Shown: positions 1-9,080 of the stretch, piece by piece
Position numbering within the stretch: position 1 is the first letter of the stretch
How the letters are laid out: each line of letters begins with the position of its first letter
NCBI RefSeq assembly: GCF_000019605.1
Contig: NC_010482.1
Span: forward strand, 330,001 to 362,000
DNA length: 32,000 nt
Direction: 5' to 3'
DNA from: Candidatus Korarchaeum cryptofilum OPF8
GTDB lineage: Archaea > Korarchaeota > Korarchaeia > Korarchaeales > Korarchaeaceae
The notes under the pieces: generated by a model
Database searches by the model: none
What the model saw: the letters and a program-made list of their open reading frames with translations, nothing else
What the model was told of the DNA's origin: nothing
Program-made: the position numbers and the translations under genes

Positions 1-526
1 GGAACCTTATCACCATCATCATGTTCTCAGTACCGGGTATCTTGGGGTTTCCGAGGTAGTGGGGGATCACGAAGAGCTCGGCATCCGGATCTCCATCAGG
101 AGGCGCTGGAAAAACTAGCTGAGACCATCTATACGCTATATCGGGGAACTGAGGGTCAACGTAGACTCTCGCATGCATCTGAACTTTGGTCCCGGGCTTC
201 CCAACGTAACCATCGACTTTTATCAGGGGGCCCTGAGCGAGTATGTGCTCCAGGACCCTGAGCATGAGGAGCTTATGCTCGTACTTAAGCTCCCCATCAT
301 CATCAACTACTGATGTGTTGGCCGCTGATCTGCTCCAGATATTAGAAGCCCATCCCCAGGCGCCGTTCCTGTACTGGTTCCCATATAGTTTGGCCCTCTC
401 GAAGAGATCCGGAGGGTTATCGAGTATCGGAATGAGACCAGCTTTCCTCTTCATTTCAACGATTTTTCTGAAGGCCTCCCTGAAGCTATCAGGGTTCAGA
501 TCCTCCAGAGGTGGTATGGGGCTCAT
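1..526 (-). CDS. Partial CDS: N-terminal ~175 aa, with the C-terminus beyond the window start. Possibly related to the N-terminal region of ATP-type PEP carboxykinase-like proteins (tentative).
   Basis: Hand translation of the minus strand from ATG at 526-524 gives MSPIPPLEDLNPDSFREAFRKIVEMKRKAGLIPILDNPP... and stays open to position 1. It is absent from the ORF track because it runs off the edge. A TATA-like tttttataa lies ~25 nt upstream. The product guess rests only on loose pattern similarity (SRSAANTSVVDDD...LIKVDGYVG...ARVYVDPQFP). Confidence 0.6.
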   Translation of the reverse strand, partial: MSPIPPLEDLNPDSFREAFRKIVEMKRKAGLIPILDNPPDLFERAKLYGNQYRNGAWGWASNIWSRSAANTSVVDDDGELKYEHKLLMLRVLEHILAQGPLIKVDGYVGKPGTKVQMHARVYVDPQFPDIAYRWSQLVFPAPPDGDPDAELFVIPHYLGNPKIPGTENMMMVIRF

Positions 527-573
527 CGGTCTGCTAGTCAGTTAAGTTATAAAAATTATGACGTTGGCCAATA

Positions 574-1653
574 TTATGACGTTGCCTCCCGAATCGCTCC
601 GAAGAGCTCCCTTATATCCACTTCACTGAGGACCCCGTAGCTTATCCTGAAGTACTCCTTCCCTCCTCTGAACGCGGCTGCAGGCACTATCCCCACAACC
701 GGATCCCGATTGAGTAGCTTCATCGCTAACTCATTAGAGTCAGGCACATTGGGATGCATTGAATAGAGGTAAAATGCACCTCTCGGCTCCGGGAATATCA
801 ATCCAGCTTTCCTAGCTTCCCTAATCACCTCATCCTTCAGTTTGGCGTAATGCTCCCTCACCCTCCGGAAGTAATCATCGCTCGCAGCTTCTATCATCTT
901 CATTATAATGAACTGGGAGATCTCGGATACGCCAGCCGTCATCAAGTAGAGGATCCTACCGACCAGCTCGGGCCTCTCAGCTCCCCAGTATATGTAACCT
1001 ATCCTGAGCCCTGGTAAGGCGAAGGTCTTGCTGAAAGTATCCGCTATGATATCCCCAACAACCTCGACTCTCTCCCCGAAGTATATCTGGGAGTAAGCTG
1101 CATCGTTTATCAGCAACACATTCCTCCTCCTCAGCTCATCCCAGAGATCCATCAGCTCAGAGTTAGGTTGGACGAAGCCTGTCGGATTATTGGGGTAGTT
1201 TATCAGGACCCCTGAGACACCTTCCAATTTACTCGTGACCTCATTGACGAGATCTTCAGCCAGAGGATCGTACGTTGAGATCTGATACCCGAATTCGCTC
1301 GCATGCTCGAAGTACTGGGGGAAGCCGGGGGCTGGGACGAGTATCCTCCCCCTCCTGATCTTAGATGCAGCTAAAGCTGATATCAGCAAGGATTGAGCTC
1401 CTCCGTTCGTTATGAATATCCTATCCTTCTCGAGATCTCTCCCCAAAAATTCGCTCCCGAAATGGGATATGCTCTCCCTAGCAGCTTCAGTCCCGACGAA
1501 TGGCAGGTACTTCCTGCCCATCTCCCCGATCCCCAATTCCCTCAACTGGACCGGTGGCTCGTGAGAGGGCTCACCTATGTGGGCATTTATTACCCTCTTC
1601 CCCTCGCTCTCCTTCCTCCTGCAGGCATCGAATACATCCCTTATCGTCAGCAT
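574..1653 (-). CDS. PLP-dependent aminotransferase, class I/II fold (paralog of 22445..23521)
   Basis: 359 aa. Motifs NYPNNPTG and NDAAYSQIY, plus the PLP-lysine motif TFSKTFALPGLRIGY. Only a 10-nt gap from the upstream DUF89 gene. Confidence 0.85.
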   Translation of the reverse strand: MLTIRDVFDACRRKESEGKRVINAHIGEPSHEPPVQLRELGIGEMGRKYLPFVGTEAARESISHFGSEFLGRDLEKDRIFITNGGAQSLLISALAASKIRRGRILVPAPGFPQYFEHASEFGYQISTYDPLAEDLVNEVTSKLEGVSGVLINYPNNPTGFVQPNSELMDLWDELRRRNVLLINDAAYSQIYFGERVEVVGDIIADTFSKTFALPGLRIGYIYWGAERPELVGRILYLMTAGVSEISQFIIMKMIEAASDDYFRRVREHYAKLKDEVIREARKAGLIFPEPRGAFYLYSMHPNVPDSNELAMKLLNRDPVVGIVPAAAFRGGKEYFRISYGVLSEVDIRELFGAIREATS

Positions 1654-1663
1654 ACGTATTCAC

Positions 1664-2518
1664 TCACCTGTAGATTAAGACGATATCCCCTACGCTCGCG
1701 TTGAGGTCAGCGGCTACAACTGGACATTTAACTAAGAGCATGTGAAATATCCCATTGAAATCCCCCAAAATCTCGTAGTTCCCCTGGCCCTTCGATATCA
1801 CGAGGTCATGCTCCCTGATCCATCTCAGAACTTCCCCGCTCCTCCTATCGGGCCCAGTGCCCTCCTCCCCATTGCTAACTGTCCTCACTTCAACTCCCCC
1901 TACATCAGAGAGGACGTAATGGAAGTCCTCCAGGGTGGCGTCGTTTATCATGGGCCCTCCCTTCACGACGAAAGTGATCTTGACCTCCCTGAGCGAGAGC
2001 ATCGTCTCCACTAGCAACTTATCGAGGACTATCTCCCCAGCGTTATCAGAGAAGTAGAGGATCCTAGAAGCCTTCTGGAACTTCTCCTTCAGGAGGGGGT
2101 AGTGATCTATGCTAAGATCCGATTTAAGGACCCTATCTATAGTCCCCTTGAGATCGTAGGATGTGTAAGGACCGAAGTCTATCACATTGCCAGCTATAGC
2201 CAACTTAACGGCAGTCCTCAGGGGATCCTCGCTCGACTCCACTATCCTCTTGCACTCCCCGTAGATAGATAGCGCTTCATCATTGCTCCTCCTCTTAACT
2301 TCCCTGTATGGATCTCCGCCAGCGTAACTCCTTATTATCCTCTGAACTACGTAATCTATCTCGGGAGGGCTCAGATCCCACTCTGAAGATAGAAGGTAAG
2401 TCATGACTTCCCTCTGGGCCCTCTCGATTTCCGAATCATCGATTGAGGAGAGCCTGAGGGCATTCACTACCTGCCTGAGGAAGCAGGGGATACAGTCAGG
2501 CTTCATCCTCAAGGCCAA
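1664..2518 (-). CDS. DUF89 (ARMT1-like, metal-dependent damage-control phosphatase family) protein
   Basis: 284 aa. N-terminal CIPCF, FSDNAGEIVLD and ISKGQGNYE motifs typical of DUF89. An alternative start MKPDCIPCF lies at 2506. Either start overlaps the 3' end of the protease gene. Confidence 0.75.
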   Translation of the reverse strand: MALRMKPDCIPCFLRQVVNALRLSSIDDSEIERAQREVMTYLLSSEWDLSPPEIDYVVQRIIRSYAGGDPYREVKRRSNDEALSIYGECKRIVESSEDPLRTAVKLAIAGNVIDFGPYTSYDLKGTIDRVLKSDLSIDHYPLLKEKFQKASRILYFSDNAGEIVLDKLLVETMLSLREVKITFVVKGGPMINDATLEDFHYVLSDVGGVEVRTVSNGEEGTGPDRRSGEVLRWIREHDLVISKGQGNYEILGDFNGIFHMLLVKCPVVAADLNASVGDIVLIYR

Positions 2519-2933
2519 TCAACCTCATTACTCTATCGATGACCTCGCTAACAGCTCCCTCAACCTCCTCACTCAGCCCCTCGCCCTCCTCCAAGCTCTT
2601 AGGCTGCACTCCTATCAGGATCGCCTCCTCAGGCCGGCCTGTCACTTCCTTAATTATCTTAAGGAAGCTGAGGGGCGAGAGAGCGTGAGTGGAAGATCTA
2701 GCCTCCAATACATCGAGGTCCTCTATCCTCCCCTCGAAGACACTTCCAGGCTCCGCTTTGAAGTCAATAGCATCTATCAAGATTACTCTATCAAAATCAG
2801 TTATTTGTGGGGGGAGATCGGGGCCGGAGAGGATTGCATGAACCCCTCTGGCCCTCAGCTCCTCCCATACCCTGAATCCGAGCCCATCATCGGATCTCAT
2901 TGGGTTCCCGATGCAGATGATGAGGCTCCTCAT
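2496..2933 (-). CDS. [NiFe]-hydrogenase maturation endopeptidase (HycI/HyaD family)
   Basis: 145 aa. N-terminal ICIGNPMRSDDGLG motif. 4-nt ATGA-type overlap with the large-subunit gene. Confidence 0.85.
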   Translation of the reverse strand: MRSLIICIGNPMRSDDGLGFRVWEELRARGVHAILSGPDLPPQITDFDRVILIDAIDFKAEPGSVFEGRIEDLDVLEARSSTHALSPLSFLKIIKEVTGRPEEAILIGVQPKSLEEGEGLSEEVEGAVSEVIDRVMRLIGLEDEA

Positions 2934-4213
2934 ACTCCGATCCTAGTCAGGTGGACGGAGCAGGAGATGCAGGGATCGTACGCCCTGACCAGCATCTCCA
3001 ACTTGAGCTTGAGCTCATCATCGCTCAGATCCTTGAGATTCCTGACGGCTATCCTCAAATATTTGTCCATGTTTGCGGCATTCTGAGCAGTTGGAGTGAC
3101 GAGGTTCGCGAATACCACTTTCCCATTATCATCGAGCTTGTAGTGATGGTAGAGCAATCCTCTGGGAGCCTCGACGACAGCTATGCCTTCTCCAGCCCTT
3201 GGCTTGACTTCCACCATTAGCTTATCCTTTATCCCCTCATCCAAGAGACCATCTATTATATCCATGGCCCTCTGGACGCTGTAAAGGAGCTCTATCGCTT
3301 GAGCCATATTGTTACTGAAGGGGTTCCTGGGATCGATCTTATCCCTGAGGCTCTCGTAAGACTCCTTAGCCTCCCCGTAGAGCCTCTTCTCATTGAGGAG
3401 TAGTCTGGCCAGAGCTCCAGTCATGAAGCTGCTCCCCTTATAGCTCGAGTGCTTAGCTGAGGAATGCTCCACCGTGACCTCATTCGTTAAATCCATGTAT
3501 TTCTCCACCGGGTGCCTGGTCCCATCGGATACGAGGAGATATTCTCCTGAGTAGCCGTAGTGCTCTCCGGGATCCACTGCAATGTACAAGTTATCATCTA
3601 AAGAATATTCGGGCATTTTAAGGGATGAAAATACCCTTATCGCCTCTCTAGCGCCATCAATAGAGCTCTCAAGCTGCTTCCTCAACCTCTCCAAGTCCTC
3701 AGCTCTCGGGACCTTCGTGTAGCCTCCGGGCTTCGTCACGACTCCGTGAACAGTCCTTCCTGTTATAACTTCCTTTATCGCGTTTCCAGCTCTCTTAACT
3801 TTCAAAGCGAGCTTCACAGTCTCAGGGTACTGCGCTGCCATTCCTATAGCGTCCTTATATCCTAAGAAGTCTGGTAGAGCTAGGAAGAAGAGGTGGAGGG
3901 CGTGGCTGTGTATGACATCGGATATGAGCTGGAGCTCCCTCAGGGCCTCGACTTGCCTATCCACCCTTATCCCCATGGCCTTCTCTATAGCTCTGGATGA
4001 AGCTACCTGATAGGGATCGGGGCATATGGAACATATCCTCGCCGTTATATCCGGGACCTCGTAGTAGCTCTTCCCTATCAATATACGCTCGAAGAACCTG
4101 GGCCCCTCATATATCCTTAGGACAGCTCTCTTTACAGCATCACCCTCTACAACAACTTCTATATCTCCATGCCCCTCCACTCTCGCTAAATGCTCAACTA
4201 CTATCTCCCTCAT
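2930..4213 (-). CDS. hydA: [NiFe] hydrogenase large subunit, group 3b (sulfhydrogenase alpha-type)
   Basis: 427 aa. N-terminal RVEGHG, the RICSIC Ni-binding pair, and the C-terminal DPCISCSVH motif followed by a short tail for proteolytic processing. The four-subunit beta/gamma/delta/alpha context supports the call. Confidence 0.9.
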   Translation of the reverse strand: MREIVVEHLARVEGHGDIEVVVEGDAVKRAVLRIYEGPRFFERILIGKSYYEVPDITARICSICPDPYQVASSRAIEKAMGIRVDRQVEALRELQLISDVIHSHALHLFFLALPDFLGYKDAIGMAAQYPETVKLALKVKRAGNAIKEVITGRTVHGVVTKPGGYTKVPRAEDLERLRKQLESSIDGAREAIRVFSSLKMPEYSLDDNLYIAVDPGEHYGYSGEYLLVSDGTRHPVEKYMDLTNEVTVEHSSAKHSSYKGSSFMTGALARLLLNEKRLYGEAKESYESLRDKIDPRNPFSNNMAQAIELLYSVQRAMDIIDGLLDEGIKDKLMVEVKPRAGEGIAVVEAPRGLLYHHYKLDDNGKVVFANLVTPTAQNAANMDKYLRIAVRNLKDLSDDELKLKLEMLVRAYDPCISCSVHLTRIGV

Positions 4214-4986
4214 GATTTACCCCCCTCAATGAGAGATCTCAGACCCTTATACCTAGCTCCGAAGAGGCTCATCAGATCCAGTATCCTCTCCCTATCGTAT
4301 CCCTTCCTCAGGAGCATCTCCAACTCCCCAGCTACATTAGCTTCATCCCTTATGGGTCCCCTGCAGCCTATACATGCGGTATTGTAAGATGGGCACCTGG
4401 CATCGCAGCCAGCTACTGTTATGGGGCCCAAGCAGGGCAGGCCCCTCTCCACTATCAAGCAGGGGATCTCCCTCACTTTGCACTCTATACACACTGGATA
4501 ATCCGGTAGCTCGGGCTTCACATCCCTCACTAGATCTATTAAAACTCTAGCGAACTCCTTCCCCTCTATGGGGCATCCCTGAATCTCATAATCCACTGGA
4601 ACTACCTCCGAGATACCCTTGTGCTCTCCCAAGAAGCCATATAAGTTCTTCTCCGTCTTGTAAACTGATCTCATGAGCTCCTTCGGATCCTGCCCGCTCG
4701 TAGAAGCTTGTATCCCTCCCCAGACAGCGCAATCCCCTAGGGCCACTAGTATCTTGCTGTTCCCCCTTATCCTCTTTATGTACTCCAGATCCCTCTCAGT
4801 GGAGACGGAACCCTCGACAAAAGCTATATCTACTTTCCCATCGTACTCCTTGCTGCTGGCTAACTTGAACTCAGCTATATCGACTAAGCTGAGGAGATCG
4901 AGTAGAATATCCTCCATACCCAAGATAGTGAGGTATTCACCTTGACAACCCGTTAAGGAGTAGAAAGCGGCCCTCAGCTTACCCAT
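4210..4986 (-). CDS. hydD: [NiFe] hydrogenase small subunit (sulfhydrogenase delta-type)
   Basis: 258 aa. GDCAVWGG and QGCP motifs, plus a Cys-rich C-terminus (CIECK...PCLGPITVAGCDARCP...CIGCRGP) for Fe-S clusters. Overlaps the alpha gene by 4 nt. Confidence 0.85.
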   Translation of the reverse strand: MGKLRAAFYSLTGCQGEYLTILGMEDILLDLLSLVDIAEFKLASSKEYDGKVDIAFVEGSVSTERDLEYIKRIRGNSKILVALGDCAVWGGIQASTSGQDPKELMRSVYKTEKNLYGFLGEHKGISEVVPVDYEIQGCPIEGKEFARVLIDLVRDVKPELPDYPVCIECKVREIPCLIVERGLPCLGPITVAGCDARCPSYNTACIGCRGPIRDEANVAGELEMLLRKGYDRERILDLMSLFGARYKGLRSLIEGGKS

Positions 4987-5871
4987 TCAGATCGCCCCCC
5001 TAATGGAGAGGATATCGAAGTAGGAGAAGACGGGCCCGTCCTTGCAAACATAAGCTATTGAGCTCGCCCCTCCTATTATGCAGTGACCGCACTTCCCCAC
5101 ACCGCACCTCATCCTCCTCTCCAGAGTCACGTAAACCCTATCGGCTGGGAAGTTCCTCTTCTCAAGCTCCTTGAGGACGAATTTGTACATCACGGGCGGG
5201 CCAGCTACTATAGCGTAGCTATTACTCGGATCTATGTAGCTATCAGCTAGATCGAATAGGACCGTAACAACTCCCTTCTTCACGAATTCAGGATACTTCT
5301 TCATCAGATTCTCGTAGAATTCATCATCCTTCTCGAAGGAGATGAAGGATCTGAAGCCACTCTCGCCCCTGAAGGGGCTCAGCACCTCATCCTTGAATAG
5401 CGTCTCCTCATATCCCTTGACTCCGTAGAGCAAGTTGACCTCACCGTACTTCCCCCTATTATCCAGCACGTGTTGAAGTACCCCCCTGACGGGAGCTATA
5501 CCGAGACCCCCAGCTATTATGAGGACATCGTGTCCCTCCATCTCATCCACTGGGAACCAGTTGCCGAAAGGACCCCTTATCCCAACTATATCTCCCTCCT
5601 TAAGTCTGTGCAATGCGTTAGTCACCCTCCCAACCCTCCTAACTAGTAGCTCGAGTGGGCCCGGCCTCGTCTTAGATTTGCATATCGAGATAGTGGCCTC
5701 CCCCACTCCGTAAACGCTCACTTGGACGAACTGGCCCGGCATGTAATTGAAGGACCTCTCTAGCTCTTCATCCATGAGTTTGAGGCGGAAGAGCTTCTCT
5801 ATACTCGTCATATCATTAACTTCCAATATCTCAGCTGGTTTCGGGATGAACTGCTCCTCCTGAAGCATCAT
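4987..5871 (-). CDS. hydG: Sulfhydrogenase gamma-type subunit: FAD/NAD(P)-binding oxidoreductase with C-terminal 2Fe-2S site
   Basis: 294 aa. GGLGIAP nucleotide-binding motif and C-terminal RCGVGKCGHC cluster motif. Abuts the delta gene. Confidence 0.85.
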   Translation of the reverse strand: MMLQEEQFIPKPAEILEVNDMTSIEKLFRLKLMDEELERSFNYMPGQFVQVSVYGVGEATISICKSKTRPGPLELLVRRVGRVTNALHRLKEGDIVGIRGPFGNWFPVDEMEGHDVLIIAGGLGIAPVRGVLQHVLDNRGKYGEVNLLYGVKGYEETLFKDEVLSPFRGESGFRSFISFEKDDEFYENLMKKYPEFVKKGVVTVLFDLADSYIDPSNSYAIVAGPPVMYKFVLKELEKRNFPADRVYVTLERRMRCGVGKCGHCIIGGASSIAYVCKDGPVFSYFDILSIRGAI

Positions 5872-6959
5872 CTCACCACCCCCCAGACAGAGTTCAGGAC
5901 CTCGACGTGATCTATCTCAGCCGGGCAGAAGACGGTGCACCTACCGCATCCCACACAATAAGGCAGGTTAGTGACCCTGTTCACTGCCGACTTGCAATTG
6001 TACCTGTGAACGAACCTATCGGCCCTAGTTGGCCTGAAGTTCAGGCCTCCAGCTACTAACGCATGGCTCCTGAGGAAACAAGAATCCCATCTCCTCATCC
6101 TAAATCCATTCTCCATGTTAAGATCCACGTACTCCGAGACATCGTAGCATCTGCAAGTCGGGCATACTAACGTGCAGGACCCGCAGCCGAGGCAGCGATC
6201 TATATACTCCTTCCAAGCGTCGCTATCGTGGAGGGAATCAGCTATATCCGGGAGATGGGATGATAAGAGCTCCTTCTTGAACATAGAGCTCCTCTTCCTC
6301 TCAGAATCAGCTAGCTTCTTGAGGGAATCCTTGCTCGGTTTCCTGAGGTCGAGGCCCCTTATGAGCTCGAGCCCCCTCTCAGTTCCCACTCTGATTATGT
6401 AAGCATCCCCTATATCGTGCAGGAAGAGGTCGAAGCCATCGTAAGCGTAATCAGTGCCCATGGATTTACAGAAGCATTCCTCATCCGGGATGCAGCTCAA
6501 TCCCACTATGAAGGAGTTCCTCCTCCTCTCTGCATAGTAGGGATCTGGGAACTCATCGATGTAGATGGAATCCATTATCTTCATCGCATTTATATCGCAA
6601 GCATGGAGGCCGAATAATACGATCCTCTTCGGATCCTCCTCTAAAAGCTCATACCCCTTCCTCAAATTCACCCTCATTATGGCCTCCCTGGGCCTAGTGA
6701 AGTACTTCTTAGGTGGTATCATCGTCCTCGTGTAATTCAGATCGATCTCATCGATCGAATCGAACCTCTCAAAGGAGTGAAACTTGCCCTTCTTTACCGG
6801 ACCGTGCAGCTCCCCCCATCCCCTCAACTTCTCTATGAGATTCGCTAGCTCGTCCTTCCCCATTTCGAGATAGAGCAAGCGGCCGCACCTCCTGAGACGG
6901 ATGGAAAAGTCTTTAATATAAATATTTCTTCCGTTATACGAGGAGAGAAATTTTGTCAT
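5868..6959 (-). CDS. hydB: Sulfhydrogenase beta-type subunit (4Fe-4S dicluster protein)
   Basis: 363 aa. CLGCGSCTLVCPTCRC and CVGCGRCTVFCPA motifs. The true start may be internal: TTG at 6878 is preceded by ggaggtg 7 nt upstream, and an ATG lies at 6863. Confidence 0.85.
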   Translation of the reverse strand: MTKFLSSYNGRNIYIKDFSIRLRRCGRLLYLEMGKDELANLIEKLRGWGELHGPVKKGKFHSFERFDSIDEIDLNYTRTMIPPKKYFTRPREAIMRVNLRKGYELLEEDPKRIVLFGLHACDINAMKIMDSIYIDEFPDPYYAERRRNSFIVGLSCIPDEECFCKSMGTDYAYDGFDLFLHDIGDAYIIRVGTERGLELIRGLDLRKPSKDSLKKLADSERKRSSMFKKELLSSHLPDIADSLHDSDAWKEYIDRCLGCGSCTLVCPTCRCYDVSEYVDLNMENGFRMRRWDSCFLRSHALVAGGLNFRPTRADRFVHRYNCKSAVNRVTNLPYCVGCGRCTVFCPAEIDHVEVLNSVWGVVR

Positions 6960-6965
6960 TAGAGT

Positions 6966-6982
6966 GTTATAAATATATTTTT
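6966..6982 (-). promoter_or_regulatory. AT-rich TATA-like box upstream of the hydrogenase operon
   Basis: The minus strand reads aaaaatatatttataac immediately upstream of the hydB ORF. The spacing favours a transcript start near 6950 and an internal hydB start codon. Confidence 0.4.
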
Positions 6983-7407
6983 GGAGGTATACCTAATAGT
7001 GGTATCAAATGTTATAGTGAAAGTAATAAGATAGGATACTTTTGGTATCTTCTTGGGGGTTTCGCTTGATTCACGACCTTCCTAGACTTCTCGCTAAATA
7101 TTCATAGAATTGGCCTACCCTCAAAAGTTTCTCGGATTTAGAGCTTGTATGAAGCTGTTCGGGAGCTCTACTTTAAAACTCAATTCTTATAAACTGAGCT
7201 GTGAAATGTTAAGAGGGATGCCCGCATATTACCGATCTATCTCATTCTATTTGGACAATGAACAGATATCTCGCATTTATCTTGAACATCTTTTATATTA
7301 CTATACAATTTATCCAAAAACTCGTGAAATTATCCACTATCATATTATAAAAAATTTATGAAAAATCCGTAAATATATCTAGCTTTCATACATAAAATTC
7401 TTTAACA

Positions 7408-7426
7408 GTAAAGCTTATTAAATATA
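7408..7426 (+). promoter_or_regulatory. BRE/TATA promoter of permease 1
   Basis: gtaaagcttattaaatata lies ~30 nt upstream of the start region. It matches the recurring (c/a)gaaaagtttat motif seen at 15017, 16875, 18831 and 26273. Confidence 0.55.
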
Positions 7427-7451
7427 CATAGAGCAGCTGGAGGTGCCTTCT

Positions 7452-9077
7452 ATGGGCGAGGAGATAGTACCTAAAGAGGTCTTCGCCAGGAAGGCGAGCG
7501 GCCTAGTGAGGGAAGCAGGTTTAATAGATGCATTTGCCTTTGGATTCTTGAATCAGGGGCCTGCAATAGCTATATGGATGCTATTGAGCTGGGGGGTTTT
7601 CCTCTTCCCATCCGGTCACCTGCTTGGCTCTGTCTTCCTCAGTCTCGCATTCACGCTACCAGGCGTGGCTCTAGTTTGGGGGATCCTAGGGGCTTCCATG
7701 CCCAGGAGCGGAGGAAGTTACGTCTATAATACGAGGATAATACACCCGGCTGTTGGAATGGCCGTGAGCTTTGGGGACTACTTCATATGGTGGCTTTGGA
7801 TAGTGATATTAGCTCCTTGGGTTGCTGATCCTGGCCTCACCACTTTATTCGGTATGCTCGATATGGTGGAAGCCGCTGAATGGGTGAAAACGACCGTAGG
7901 GATGTTCACAGTAGCGACTATAGTTAATGTCCTAGGCTATCTATTCACTTTCTACGGCCTCAGGTGGTACCTCCTCCATCAGAAAACCGTTATGACTCTG
8001 GGATTGATAACTCTCGGACTAGTCGCCCTAATACTGGGCATACACTCTCATGAGGAATTCGTAGCGGCTTGGAACGCTGCAGCAGCGCATTATGGCTCAT
8101 TGGATTATGAGGGGATGATAGAGGCAGCTAAGAATGCTGCTCCAGAAGTATTCAATCCCGCGATGCCCTTGCTCTTCGGAACCCTGGGCTTGATGGTAGT
8201 GAACTCCTGGTGGGCCCATTACGGGTGGGCGGTCAATGTCATAGGAGGGGAGGTAAAGAGGCCTCAGAGGAACATAATGATAGCTCAATATGGAGCTATA
8301 ATAGTTCCTGGGATCTTAGCAACGATATTTGCAGTGATATTCCCGAATCTAGTTGGTCAGGATTTCATGAAGGCCCTGGCAGTCGCCGATAATGCTGGAA
8401 TCGATGGTTACAACATGCCCTTCCCACCCAACTTCGTCGGCGTCACTAGGGTATTCATAGACACGGGCAACGCCTTGGGAATGATATTAGCAGCGCTGGC
8501 AGCTTTCTCTCTAATATTAGCGGACTACATATGGATACCCATGTCCTACGTAGCTGGCAGCAGGATAGTAGTCGCCTGGGGTATGGACAGGATGGGGCCC
8601 AAGTGGTTCTCCGAAGTCCATCCGAGGTGGGCATCGCCTATCAAGAACCTCACCTTCATGTTCATAACTAGCGAAATAGGGATCTTGCTCTACTCGATAT
8701 TCCCAGATTGGTTCGCAGGGCTAGCTGTCACAGCTACTGAGTGCGTCTCCATATGGGGAGTCACAGCTCTAGCAGCTACTATATTCCCGTTCAGGAAGAG
8801 CGTCAGATCGATATGGGAGACCTCCCCCTACAAGAACTGGAGGATAGGCCCGATCCCCTTGGTCACGATAGGGGGCATAATAGATCTTATATACATAGGG
8901 ATCTTGCTCTACTTCTTCTACACGAACCCCGGGCTGGAGGGAGTCACTGAGCTAGCTGTAGCATGGTTCATAGGTCTCTGGACATTCGGAGCGCTCTGGT
9001 ACTACTACTGGAGGTGGAAGTGGAAGAAGGAGGGCATAGATATAGATCTGGCTTGGAAGGTCCTGCCGCCAGAATAA
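7452..9077 (+). CDS. APC-superfamily amino acid/polyamine-type permease (paralog of 15077..16801)
   Basis: ~541 aa with about 12 hydrophobic spans. The N-terminal FARKASGLVREAG matches FVRRASGLVRTVG of the paralog. ATG 7452 is preceded by ggaggtg. The ORF-track start is GTG 7443. Confidence 0.8.
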   Translation: MGEEIVPKEVFARKASGLVREAGLIDAFAFGFLNQGPAIAIWMLLSWGVFLFPSGHLLGSVFLSLAFTLPGVALVWGILGASMPRSGGSYVYNTRIIHPAVGMAVSFGDYFIWWLWIVILAPWVADPGLTTLFGMLDMVEAAEWVKTTVGMFTVATIVNVLGYLFTFYGLRWYLLHQKTVMTLGLITLGLVALILGIHSHEEFVAAWNAAAAHYGSLDYEGMIEAAKNAAPEVFNPAMPLLFGTLGLMVVNSWWAHYGWAVNVIGGEVKRPQRNIMIAQYGAIIVPGILATIFAVIFPNLVGQDFMKALAVADNAGIDGYNMPFPPNFVGVTRVFIDTGNALGMILAALAAFSLILADYIWIPMSYVAGSRIVVAWGMDRMGPKWFSEVHPRWASPIKNLTFMFITSEIGILLYSIFPDWFAGLAVTATECVSIWGVTALAATIFPFRKSVRSIWETSPYKNWRIGPIPLVTIGGIIDLIYIGILLYFFYTNPGLEGVTELAVAWFIGLWTFGALWYYYWRWKWKKEGIDIDLAWKVLPPE

Positions 9078-9080
9078 CCT

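Noticed and set aside
243-545. 100-aa plus-strand ORF from the track
   Set aside because: It lies antisense to a well-behaved minus-strand CDS (1..526) with a proper promoter and start. Its translation is Ser/Leu-rich and low-complexity, so it looks like a shadow ORF.
7110-7361. 83-aa ORF in the long hydrogenase/permease intergenic region
   Set aside because: It has a TTG start with no BRE/TATA or SD at suitable spacing. It is very AT-rich with Tyr/Ile/Leu-biased, low-complexity translation unlike neighbouring genes. It is not supportable as coding from sequence alone.
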